Assembly (NCBI GenBank): GCA_002269645.1
Contig: NIVC01002579.1
Span: 1-64,000 of the forward strand
Direction of reading: 5' to 3'
DNA from: Macrostomum lignano
Taxonomy: Eukaryota
DNA: 64,000 bases
Positions 1 through 12,036 of the stretch are shown piece after piece. Under the pieces are notes generated by a model. It did no database searches. It was not told the origin of the DNA and saw only the letters and a list, made by a program, of their open reading frames with translations. Position 1 is the first letter of the stretch; each line of letters starts with the position of its first letter. Made by a program: the position numbers and the translations under genes.

Positions 1-620
1 GCAATTCCCCACAAGCCTTAACATATCAACTTCCCCCCTTGGCATCTTAGCAATGCCCCCATAAGCTTTAAAATTTTAAAAATCTGTCAACCTTCTAACT
101 CTAACCTAACCCTAACCCATTGACATTTCAGTAATTCTCCCAAGAGTTATTGTATTATAACACTACAGCATTATAGCAATTCCCTGCAAGCCTTGGCATC
201 ATATGGATTCCCAAATGAATCTCTTAACTTTGACATGACACTTCTTTATTTTATTTTTACATGACACTTTTTCTATCAGTGAGAACCTCCTATGAGGAGC
301 TAACAATTAATGTAATAAAGTTTTGAATAAACTATATGTAGCTTTTGACTTTAGCTTAACATCTCAGTTATTCTCCTATGACCCTTGACATCTCAGCTAT
401 TCCCCTTGCAAGTCTTGACTTCTCAGCTATTTTCCTCTTTTTTACATGAATCAATGCTTGTTCTATAAGCCCCCCCCCTTGGTAAGCCAACAAAGAATAT
501 AATAAAAAATTTAAGTAAACATGTAGCTTCTAGCTTTTGCCTTGACATCTCAGAAATCCCCTATAATCCTTTACATCTCAGTTATTCTCCATGAGCCTTG
601 ATATCATAGTAATTCTTTTC
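1..620. repeat. Old degenerate repeat region (TTGACATCTCAGYTATTCYCC-like units)
   Basis: The motif ttgacatctcagytattc recurs with variation near 120, 355, 385, 415, 540 and 570. Confidence 0.45.
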
Positions 621-689
621 AAGAGTCACAGCACAGTTTTAAGTGATGCTTTTAATTTTGAAATGATGCTTCTTTTGATTTTTATACAA

Positions 690-1250
690 CACTTCTTTCA
701 TGTCTAACATGACACTTCTTTTATTATTTCATGAAGCTTCTATGATTTTTTACATGATGCTTCTAACTTTTTACATGACACTTCTATGATTCTTTAGATG
801 ATGCTTCTATGATTTTATATGATGTTTCTATGATTTTTATATGATGGTTCTATGATTGCCTACATGATGCTTCTATGATTTTTACATTAAACTTTTGATT
901 CTTAACATGATGCTTCTATGACTTTTTACATGACGCTTCTGATTCTTTACATGACACTTCTATAATTTTTTATATGATGCTTCTATGATTTTTACATGAC
1001 ATTTCTGATTTTTTACATGATGCTTTTATGATTTTTATGATGCTTTTATGATTATTTACATGATTCTTCTATGATTTTTATGACACTTCTATGATTGTCT
1101 GTAATGACGCTTCTATGATTGTTTACATGACGCTTTTATGATTTTTTACATGACACTTCTATGATTTTTTATGATGCTTCTATGATTGTTTATATGATGT
1201 TTCTATGATTTTTTATATGACACTTCCATGATTTTTACATGACACTTCTT
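690..1250. repeat. Degenerate AT-rich minisatellite, ~22-23 bp (ATGAYRCTTCTATGATTTTTTAC)
   Basis: About 25 diverged tandem copies visible. Confidence 0.8.
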
Positions 1251-1575
1251 TTTAAAAAGTCTTAGTTTTCCTGACATTAAAAAGCTTTAATTAAAAAAAT
1301 TCTACTTTATGAAAAGTTGAACCATTGTCGTTGCATTTAGAAATTCAGTTTGTTCTTCTCTACACTAGCTCTCATCATTTTGATAGCATGAAATTTAGCA
1401 CTTATACAATTCAACACTTTAAACTCCAAGCATCAAGTAAATCACACAAAGCAGTTATGACATAATCAATTTCTCAGTCTCAGTCAGTATCAGTTAACAA
1501 TATAGTTACACGATCTAAATCAAGTCTGGTACTATGCTTCCACATTGCATTTTTAATTCAAGTCAGAGTTACAAT

Positions 1576-2340
1576 TAGGGATTGCAATCCAGGATCCGAA
1601 ATCCCGGGATCCTAGACACTTTTTGGCCTAACAGAATCCTAGGATTAGGGGCTTGGGATCCTAGAATTGGAAATTTTTTTGATAAAGTGGGTAATATCCC
1701 GGAAATATCAAAATGTTTGTATTTTAAATACATGACACAAGTAACATTTGCGCATTGTGATCATGAGTCATGATCGTGACATGACTCTTGATTCTCGAAT
1801 CGTGATACAATACAAATTATACAATACATACAATACATCCAAGTCTCAAACTAGTTGTGTGTTTGTGTATTTGACTACTTGTGTGACTTGTAGGGTTGTG
1901 TACTTTGTGTTATATACATAAAAGCATTGAAAAGCATTGATAAAAGCATAAAAGGACTGGGAAATAATTTTGCATGCATGTATTACGATTACGAGCTCCT
2001 AAGTTACAAGTGTAGAAAATAACAAAACAAGAAAAGAGACCATTATATATTAGATAATACATACTCAATAATGCTATTAATAACTCAATAATAGTTGAGA
2101 AATATAAAATGTATTACACACTTTTACTGCTTTACACATCTGTGTTCTTGTTTTTAAAGTAAAATCAAATAAAAAAGTTATTACTTTTAAAAATGTTTTT
2201 AAAAAAGCAGGTTTTCTAGCATTCTATTGGCATAAATATTTAAAATGTCAATCTTGGGATTGGGTCCAGGATCCTGGAATTGAGTCATTGCTTAGTTTGG
2301 GATCCTGGGATTGTAGAACAGCTGGGATTTGCAATCCCTA
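1576..2340. mobile_element. Non-autonomous hAT-type DNA transposon (MITE)
   Basis: Terminal inverted repeats TAGGGATTGCAA (1576) and TTGCAATCCCTA (ends 2340). 8-bp flanks GTTACAAT / GTTATAAT differ by one base and look like a TSD. Clustered subterminal GGGATC/GGATCC motifs at both ends. No transposase ORF. 8-bp TSD and TAGGG ends are hAT hallmarks. Confidence 0.75.
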
Positions 2341-4871
2341 GTTATAATTCAGTTATGATACAATCTATTTTAGAATCAGAATTCAACCAGTCAGTTTTTT
2401 CTCTAGGCCTAGCATTCTTACAATGCATTTCAAGTCAAAAAGTTTGCTTGACTTTTGCTAAAAGCATTTTTTGAATATTTAATCCCTTTAGCAATAAGCA
2501 ATTTCATAGTCAAGACATATGTACTATCATAGAAAAATTTCTAATTAAACAATGCAAGTCTTATGAAAATCAGTTAAGCCATTTTTTCTTCAATCTATCA
2601 CATAGGTACCTACCTATTGACAAACCATTTTTAGTATATAGGATAAAGGATAATAGGAAGAAAAATCTTAGACATTTAATATAGTTAGATTGCTTATCAA
2701 TGCCAATTGCTGTCTTCTTAATTGCACCCATTATATATAGTCCCCAATTTGGTTAAACCTATGCTATGCAATAGGGTCTAATTATTAATTATAATAATAA
2801 TTAATGGTCATTTTTTTGGAGTAGGGGCCTGTTTTTAATTTAAAACTTAAAGATAGGCCTAGGCCTATATAAACCTATTTTTTCAATTTTTCATTAAGCT
2901 AGATTCAAATATTGCACTAACAATGACAATTTAAACCTAAGTTGGTAAACATTATGATAGCCCCTCCTCTAAGTAGATATTAAAGTCAATGCTAAGAATA
3001 ACTGAATAAGATCTTAAGAAGTTAGATTAGATTATAGAGAAGAAAGGACTAAAGACTTGAGCTAATAACTAGAATAGACCTAGGAGTTAGAGTCAGAACT
3101 AAAAATGAGAACAAGAAGTAGACTACTAGAGGTACCTTAGGATGAGTAACTCCCTTCAATTGTCATTCTTAAAAGATTATTACAAAAAGCCTAAGATAAA
3201 ATATTCTCCTTTTAGGAAAAGTTTAGGGTTGGTTGGGTAGGTTTAGGTCCGGTCCAGGTGGAGTTCCGGGTTCCAGGTACAGGGTCCAGGTTGGGTTTTG
3301 GGTTCAGAGTCAGTGTTTTGGGTTTGGGGTTTACCTTCTGTCACTTCGGGGGCCTATGACATCTTTATAAGCATTTAGGCTAATCTTGATTCTTGTCACT
3401 TGTTTGATGTGCATGACAAGAACTGCATTTTTTAAACTAAATTTATAGTTAAATTAAATCAGTTTAATCAAATTCACAATTGCTAGTTCAAAATTGCCTG
3501 CAAGCAATGCTAATGGCATGCAGCGAAAATTGCCTGCAATAACAACTGCCTATGGGGGTATGCATAGCTGCTTATATGGTAGGCCTAGCCTAGGCCTAGT
3601 GCATATCTTAAAGATTGCCTAACAGTTCCAGATAACAATAATCAATCGTTTGTACAATAATTTTCTATAAGCAATATAATTACATCTTACAATTTACATT
3701 TTATCTACTTCAAAATTACAATTTGCATTACAATTACAATTACTCGAGTGGGCCGACCCGGTCGGCGCACGGCGGTCGTGTCATCGTCATCGATTGTTCG
3801 AGCCAACATTGGCTTGGGATGTGCTAAAAAGCCATTCTACAGCATGCAGTTGGCTTGCAGTCAATTATTTCTGCAGACAATAGGCTCGTAGATAATTTTA
3901 CAAAGTAAAAAGAACCATTATAATTCAGAACAGCTTACTGTTGACTGACTGACGGAATTTCTAGAAATGCAGATGTTGTAATTAAAATATGCAAAGTAAT
4001 GCTTCTGGGTGTTTTTAAAAAAGGCAAAGCGAACAATTTTTTAAAGTAAAAAAATAATTATTTGTTTTTATAAAACATTCTTACGTCCACTTCAATCGTT
4101 TTGCATTCAAAAATTGTGTATTTTGTTTTTTTATAAAAATAAAGTTTTAACACCGAAAGTCTCGCCACTTAGGCTATGTTTATTCAGAGTTGGAGTTAGG
4201 TAAGAGCTAGCTGAATGAATTATATGAATAAGTGAATTAGACCTATAGTTATTTATATAGGATTAACAGACTTAATGAATCAGGAATATTTTTATACTCG
4301 TCCGCGCGGACGGAACTATTTTCAAAACGCTGAATGACAACAATAACTTTTATGAAAAAAGCTAATCGATTATTAAATGCTTTAAAAATTACTTTATTTC
4401 CCAGGTTTAATCGCAATTACCCACTTTTTTATTTTTTAACCCGTTTTAACACATCTGTTGCGACAAGTTGCAGTGCTGTTTTGATAACACGTTTTGTTTG
4501 TTATTACGTAATGTTGCTTATGATCTATAGGCTAGGAAAGGAGGGAAATTACTTCAGCTCAGCACTAATTGATATCAAAATATAATATATAGCTAAGAAA
4601 AGAAGTTTCTGTATAAATGTATAGACTGTATAGATAGCAAATCCAAATCCAATTTGACATGCATCCACTTTTAGCTAAAGTCAACGTGCACGAGGATATG
4701 TTTTTGCAAGCATGTACATTCCATGGACTTGAATAGAATAGTGGCAAATTTAATGTTATTTATATATACAACATGTGTTGCTGCTTTAGTATTAAGCTAC
4801 TTCGCGAATGATTTTTACATACGTAATACGAGCTAAAAAGTACGATTAGAACGAATTAATTATTCGTCTTA

Positions 4872-5230
4872 TTAGCGAATCTTAATATCTTCGTCAACCG
4901 CATTGCTCAGCCGAAAGTGCAGCGGAGTTTTGAAGGGCCCGGCATCCAGTGATCGATCCCGACCGCTAGAAAATTCGCGTTCCAGTCTTCGCAAGGCTTC
5001 CGCCTCGTCAATGGCTGCGGCCACGTCTGCGCGCAACAGACTGCGACATATACGGCTATGCAGCTGCAGCCAACGAAGGCCACGCCAGCTAGCATGCGGT
5101 AGCTTCTGCGCAGCCGAGGATAGTGCGGGCCCAAGCGGCCGCGCTTCAACTCCTGGCCAACTGGGGCGAACAGAGAGAGGCTGAGGCGCATTCGGACATG
5201 AATTGGGAAAAACGGTCGGCTAATTTGCAT
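4872..5230 (-). CDS. Candidate small orphan single-TM protein with an apparent -1 frameshift near 5045-5055
   Basis: GC-rich island in AT-rich DNA. Frame 1 (MRLSLSLF...RMLAGVAFVGCSCIAVY, ATG 5191 or 5230) and the -1 frame (SLLRADVAAAIDEAEALRRLEREF...DIKIR*, stop 4872-4874) each look coding over complementary halves. Confidence 0.4.
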
Positions 5231-5818
5231 CTACATCAAGCTATGCGGCTTTTACCCAATTGATAGATAGCTGCGTCTGGGTAAACTATACTGTGGCTGG
5301 ATAGCCAGTCAGCTAAATTAACAAATCTAGATTTTAAGAGACAAAATGACACACAGACAACAAGAGCATTAATTATTGAGTTGTGACCGTCTCGGTGTTA
5401 ACCTTTCAATGCGATTCCCGAATCATGCGCAGGTAAAGAATAGAGCGAGCAAATCTGGCAGAGAAAAGCTAACCGTAGATACAGATAAATAAATTAAGCG
5501 CATAGACTGCAGATTAGAAATCGTCAAACCCATAAATATTATGTTGCTAGAATGAACCAAAATAGAAGGTAAACAAAAATGCAAAAATTGTAATAAAAAT
5601 AGTATAATAATTGCAAACCTATTATAGCTTTAGTTAAATAAATTATAACAAAATGCAACACGTTGTATGCGTTAATGAGTTGGCAAACAGCTGGTTGAGT
5701 TATAATAAAGTTTCTGAAGCTTTCGACTGCGATAGACATAAGGATTTTTTAAACTAACGATATGTTGCGTAGTTAACTTTGTAAAGCACAAATTTCTATA
5801 GGACCAATCTTCATTTTG

Positions 5819-8800
5819 TCATTCGTCGACAACATCGGCGGGCAGGGCGCCGCCGGAGCGCGCGGCCAGTCGGCAGTCGGTGCCCACCGAGCAGCGGTAG
5901 ACGGCGGCAGCGCCGGCTCCGACGACACCGCAGTCGCCGTCAATGATGTCGTCAATCTTGCCAACTTGACGGCCGGCGCGCTGACGGAAGCGGCGACGTC
6001 GGCAGGCCTCGATAACGACGCGGCTGGCCTGGCAGGCCCGGCCGGCGCGCTGGTCGGCCAGCAGCTCCCAGCGCAGCGGCAGCTCACAGCCGGCTTCGTT
6101 GGCTTCGACGTCGGCGGTGAATTCCAAGTGGTTGCCCCGGCCGGCTGCCAGCAGGCTCAGGAATTCGCGCACGAGCTTGCCCACTCTGAGGGGGGAGCAA
6201 GGGTATCTGGCTTAGTGTCTGCCTTAGTATCTGCCTTAGTGTCTGCCTTAGTGTCTGTCCTAGTGTCTGTCTTAGTGTCTGCCTTAGTGTCTGCCTTAGT
6301 GTCTGTCCTAGTGTCTGTCTTAGTGTCTGCCTTAGTGTCTGCCTTAGTGTCTGTCCTAGTGTCTGCCTTAGTGTCTGTCTTAGTGTCTGCCTTAGTGTCT
6401 GTCCTAGTGTCTGCCTTAGTGTCTGTCTTAGTGTCTGTTGCAGTATCTGCCTTAGTGTCTGCCTTAGTGTCTGTTGCAGTGTCTGTCTTAGTGTCTGCCT
6501 TAGTGTCTGTCCTAGTGTCTGTCTTAGTGTCTGCCTTAGTGTCTGCCTTAGTGTCTGCCTTAGTGTCTGCCTTAGTGTCTGCCTTAGTGTCTGTCCTAGT
6601 GTCTGCCTTAGTGTCTGCCTTAGTGTCTGCCTTAGTGTCTGCCTTAGTGTCTGCCTTAGTGTCTGTCCTAGTGTCTGCCTTAGTGTCTGTCTTAGTGTCT
6701 GTCCTAGTGTCTGTCTTAGTGTCTGCCTTAGTGTCTGTTGCAGTATCTGCCTTAGTGTCTGCCTTAGTGTCTGCCTTAGTGTCTGTCCTAGTGTCTGTCT
6801 TAGTGTCTGATGTCTCAGTGACCATTTTTGTGTCCGTCCCTTTCTTTCATTGTCTGTAGTGCCTTTAGTCGCTGTAGTTTCTGTAGCCTGTAGTTTTTAT
6901 AGTGTCTGTCGTTTTTGTAGTGTCTGCAGTTGTCTGTCTGCCTTAGCGTCTGTCTCACCTGGCGGCCGGCAGGCAACTCCTAGCCAGAGAGAAGGCGGCC
7001 TCGCAGAGGTGCAGCAGGCGGTCCAGCCGCTCCAGCCGGGCCGGGATGGCGCAATCGAAAGCTGGGCCGGCGGCGAACTCGGCCAGCTGCTGGGTGTCCA
7101 GCATGGGGTGGGCGCACACCAGCAGGTGCACCAGGCTCTCTTGCAGCCGATAGGCGCCCAGTTGCAGCAGCAGATGCGGGCAGCTGAATGAGTCCAGGCT
7201 GGACTGTTGGGAGCGCACGCAGCGGGCCAGCTGGGTCCAGTTGCGCTGGTGCAGCTGGTAGGCGGAGCGAAAGCCTTAAAGGGGGAACAGCTACACTGCA
7301 AACTGACATCACATTTTGGGGTATTAGAGAAGATTTCCTGAGTTACTGCTGGGAATTCCAAAGATGTCGATTGGGATGTGGATGGGGATTCCTACAAATT
7401 TCGATAGGGATTCCCAGAGATGATGTGGATGGGGATTCCAAGAGATGTAGGTAGGGAGTTCCAGGTATGTGGATGGGGATTCCCAGGTATGTGGATGAGG
7501 ATTCCAAAAATTTTAATAGGGATTCCCAGGGATGTGGATGGGGATTCCCAGGGATGTGGATGGGGATTCCCACAAATTTCCATAGGGATTTCCAAAGATA
7601 GGGATCGATAGGGATTTCTTAATGATGTTGATAGGGATTCCCAAAGATGTCGATAGGGATTCCCAAAGATGTCGATAGGGATTCCCAAAGATGTTGATAG
7701 GGATTCCCAAAGATGTTGATAGGGATTCCTAACGATGTCGATAGGGATTCCCAAAAATGTCGATAGGGATTCTCAAAAATGTCGATAGGGATTCCCAGGG
7801 ATGTGGATGGGGTTCCCAGAGATCTAGATGGGGATTCCCACAAATTTCGATAGGGATTCCCAAAAATGTCGATAGGGATTCCCAAAAATGTCGATAGGGA
7901 TTCCCAGGGATGTGGATGGGGTTCCCAGAGATTTGGATGGGGATTCCCACAAATTTCGATAGGGATTCCCAAAGATGTCGATAGGGATTCCAAAAGATGT
8001 TGATAGGGATTCCCAAAGATGTTGATAGGGATTCCTAACGATGTCGATAGGGATTCCCAAAAATGTCGATAGGGATTCTCAAAAATGTCGATAGGGATTC
8101 CCAGAGATCTGGATGGGGATTCCCACAAATTTCGATAGGGATTCCCAAAGATGTCGATAGGGATTCCCAAAAATGTCGATTGGGATTCCCAGGGATGTGG
8201 GTGGGGATTCCCAGGGATGTGGATGGGGATTCCCAGGGATGTGGATGGGGATTCCCAGGGATGTGGATGGGGATTCCCAGAGATGTCGTGAGGTATTTCT
8301 AAGTCTACGAATAGGGACTTCCAGAACTGTCGATAGAGATTCTCAAAGCTGTTAATGGAGGATGCCAGAGATAAACTGATTCAGTGAGATAACAAAGGAG
8401 ATGCCCAGAGATTAGACCTTTCTAAGCTACGGAACTCACCCGAGCAGGTGTTGACCACCCGCAGGTAGAGCTCAAAGCAGCGCCTGAGACTGGCGGCGCA
8501 CTGCACATCCCTGGCCAGCAGCCAAAGCAGCTCAACCAAATCCGGTTTTCTACTGCGCAGCAATCGACAAATCTCGCCGTCGCCATCCGCTTCGAATTCT
8601 TCTTCAATGCCGCCGCCGGAAGCGGCAGCGGCAGCGGCAGCCGCAGCGACGGCGGCGTTGGCGGACGGGGCGGCGGAGTGGCCGGTGGGCAGATGACTCA
8701 CTACTGAAGCGTTGTTCAAGTTGTTCGTCAGGTCGCCAAGCGGCTGAGCGTCTGCACCACCTCCGCTGCCGGCCTCGGCCGCTGACAACAGCTGAGGCGG

Positions 8801-11800
8801 CACCTCGATGTTCAGTGACCTGCGGGATTTGGGCGTAGCTTTTTTGGTACTGGCGGCCTGACATCGTCTAACAATTGCATGGGTCTGACATGACATAGTC
8901 TGACAATTGCATGGGTCTGACATGACATCGTCTGACAATTGCATGGGTCTGACATGACATCGTCTGACAATTGCATGGGTCTGACATGACATCGTCTGAC
9001 AATTGCATGGGTCTGACATGACATCGTCTGACAATTGCATGGGTCTGACATGACATCGTCTGACAATTGCATGGGTCTGACATGACATCGTCTGACAATT
9101 GCATGGGTCTGACATGACATCGTCTGACAATTGCATTGGTCTGACATGACATCGTCTGACAATTGCATGGGTCTGACATGACATCGTCTGACAATTGCAT
9201 TGGTCTGACATGACATCGTCTGACAATTGCATGGGTCTTACATGACATCGTCTGACAATTGCATGGGTCTGACATGACATTGGCTGACAATCAAATGCCT
9301 GACTGACAATCATAGGCTTGTTGATTTGACACATTGAATAAATCTGGCAAAACAAATGCCAACAAAAATGTAAATCTGACAAAATCAATGTCAGACAATC
9401 ATCGAACTGACGAGCCTGACTCACCTGAGCAGTCCAGCCAATCGAGTAGCAAAGCTTTGGAAAGTGCCAGCAGCCCGACCAGTGAGACTCCAGACGCGCT
9501 CCTCTCGTTCAACGGCTCCGTGGAGCTGTTTCAACACGGCCAGGTGGGCAGCCAGGTATCTGGCGCAGCTGCCGGTAACCAGGGCCGAGGCCGCACGCTC
9601 AAACAGCCGAGCGGATTGCACAGCCTGGGAGGCGGCTCGAACAGCCTGGCACAATGAGCTCCGGGATAAGTGGCGCAGAACGTCACCTGGGTGCCGTCGT
9701 GATCGCCGGAGCTGAACAGCAGGTAGGTGGCGCGGACGTCGAACTGCGGCGCGGGCAGCAGCGGCGCTCCGGCGAGTCGATCAAGCAGCTCATCGAGGCT
9801 GGGCAGGCGGTCTCGCGGTTGAGCGCAGGCCAGTTCTCGCAGGCTGAGAATTCGAACCTGCTGAGTCTTCGGCGGCTGCTGAGCAGGCGGTTGAGTAGTT
9901 GAGGCGGCAGCAACGGTGGCCCGCCTGCCCGGCTCCACAATGAGGCCGCGGAGCAGCGGGTCGGTGGGAGACTCAGCCAAGCAGAGCGCCAGAATGACCT
10001 GCTGAGCAGTGCGCGGAGAGTTGCCATATGCCAGTTAATTAAGGCTCATACTTAATAGTATTATACAGATGTACTTCAGAAAGGATAATATAATAAGACT
10101 GCAAATGTTGAGGGTGGGAAAAGCTTACTGAGGCTCATAAACACAACAGAATCATAAACACACAGAGGGTCGTAAACACAATAGAGGGTCATAAGCACAA
10201 CAGAGGGTCATAAACACAACAGAGGGTCGTAAACAAAATAGAGGGTCATAAACACAACAGAGGGTCATAAGCACAATGGAGGGTCATAAATACAACGGAG
10301 GGTCATAAGCACAATAGAGGGTCATAAGCACAATAGAGGGTCATAAGCACAATAGAGGGTCATAAACACAACAGAGAGTCATAAACACAACAGAGGGTCA
10401 TAAGCACAACAGAGTGTCATAAACACAACGACAACGGAGGGTCATAAATACAACGGAGAGTCATAAACACAACGGAGGGTCATAAATACAACGGAGAGTC
10501 ATAAACACAACGGAGGGTCATAAATACAGCGGAGGGTCATAACTACAACGGAGGGTCATAAATACAACGGAGGGTCATAAATACAACGGAGGGTCATAAA
10601 TACAACGGAGGGTCATAAATACAACAGAGGGTCATAAATACAACAGAGGGTCATAAATACAACGGAGGGTCATAAATACAACGGAGGGTCATAAATACAA
10701 CGGAGGGTCATAAATACAACGGAGGGTCATAAATACAACGGAGGGTCATAAATACAACGGAGGGTCATAAATACAACGGAGGGTCATAAATACAACAGAG
10801 GGTCATAAACACAACAGAGGGTCATAAATACAACAGAGGGTCATAAACACAACGGAGGGTCATAAGCACAACAGAGGGTCATAAACACAACGGAGGGTCA
10901 TAAATTCAACGGAGGGTCATAAACACAACGGAGGGTCATAAGCACAACAGAGGGTCATAAACACAACGGAGGGTCATAAATACAACGGAGGGTCATAAAT
11001 ACAACGGAGGGTCATAAATACAACAGAGGGTCATAAACACAACAGAGGGTCATAAATACAACAGAGGGTCATAAACACAACGGAGGGTCATAAGCACAAC
11101 AGAGGGTCATAAACACAACGGAGGGTCATAAATACAACGGAGGGTCATAAATACAACAGAGGGTCATAAACACAACGGAGGGTCATAAACACAACGGAGG
11201 GTCATAAATACAACGGAGGGTCATAAATACAACAGAGGGTCATAAATACAACAGAGGGTCATAAACACAACAGACCTGTTGCTGGACGCCGCTGCCACTG
11301 GCCAGGGCGGCGGCCCGCTCGGCCAGGGCGACATTGGCCGCGGCGAGGCTGAGCGGCCTGAAGGGCAGCCGGGCGCTCAGCTGGTCGGCCAGGCTGGCCA
11401 TCGAGTCGTCGCCTGCGGCAGCATCGGGATCGTCGCCGAGTCCATCGGCAGGCGTAGCCGGCGGCTCCAGACAGGGCCCGACGCCGCTGAGGTCGGCGAT
11501 TTTATTCAATCGAAGCGGCCCACGCTGATCGTCGTCAAGATCGTCGTCAACGTCCGACATCGACATGACTGACGATTCCATCTCCAAAACGCCGCCGCCA
11601 ATCCTTGGCGCGTCGTTGCCGCTAGCCACAGCTGCCAGCATCGACGAGGAAGCGGCCGGCTGTTGACTCTCCCGACGAATCGGGCCCGCGTGCAGCAGCA
11701 GGACGGAGCACCGCTCGGGATCGAAGCTGAGCCCACCTGTGCTGCCGCCGCTACTGCTACTAGGAGCAAACAGTCTGCCATTGAGCAGCTCCTTGATGTA

Positions 11801-11899
11801 GGCTAGCTGAGCCGGTGTGCGCAGCTGCTCTTCAATTGGCTGCTGCAGAGTGAAGCCCGCCAGGAAGCGGAAGTAACAGTGCAGAGTATCCAGAATCGG
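5819..11899 (-). CDS. ZWILCH: Zwilch kinetochore (RZZ complex) homologue. Exons about 11899-11276, 9998-9425, 8849-8440, 7274-6959, 6185-5819. Frameshift in exon 2; 5' end unresolved
   Basis: Recalled similarity to human ZWILCH: RKPDLVELLWLLARDVQCAASLRRCF vs [42 protein letters not shown] vs MLLEIGLDKLKKDY; RLERLDRLL vs RVQKLHHIL; YLAAHLAVLKQL...W vs HLYRELKFL...EW. GT-AG junctions join in phase; stop TGA at 5819. Confidence 0.7.
6205..6810. repeat. Intronic minisatellite, 12 bp (TTAGTGTCTGYC)
   Basis: About 50 copies filling the last Zwilch intron. Confidence 0.95.
7370..8285. repeat. Intronic minisatellite, 22 bp (GATAGGGATTCCCAAAGATGTC)
   Basis: About 40 variable copies in Zwilch intron 7275-8439. 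Confidence 0.95.
8862..9290. repeat. Intronic minisatellite, 32 bp (TGACATCGTCTGACAATTGCATGGGTCTGACA)
   Basis: About 13 near-identical copies ending at the acceptor; diverged copies extend to about 9420. Confidence 0.95.
10140..11271. repeat. Intronic minisatellite, 19 bp (GAGGGTCATAAAYACAACR)
   Basis: About 59 copies starting 4 nt inside the donor at 11275. Confidence 0.95.
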
Positions 11900-12036
11900 C
11901 TTGAGCAAATTTCAAAAGAAATTGATCCCACAGAGACCCTTCACAGCTTGTAGTTGCGGCTTTCGTACAGACGTGCCCCGGGTTCGACTTTCGGTCAGAG
12001 AAGCAATGTGATGAAGTTTCAGCCCTGAGTATATCG

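Noticed and set aside
4290-4315. TTTTATACTCGTCCGCGCGGACG palindrome resembling a Helentron/DINE end
   Set aside because: Only one end seen; no matching subterminal repeat or second hairpin identified.
5816-6859. Long ORFs (VSAL)n / (DTKA)n
   Set aside because: Open frames through a 12-bp intronic array antisense or sense to Zwilch; splice sites exclude them.
8857-8860. First CAG after the 32-bp array as the Zwilch acceptor
   Set aside because: Gives a frame ending at PNPAGH*; the AG at 8851-8850 preserves the Zwilch frame.
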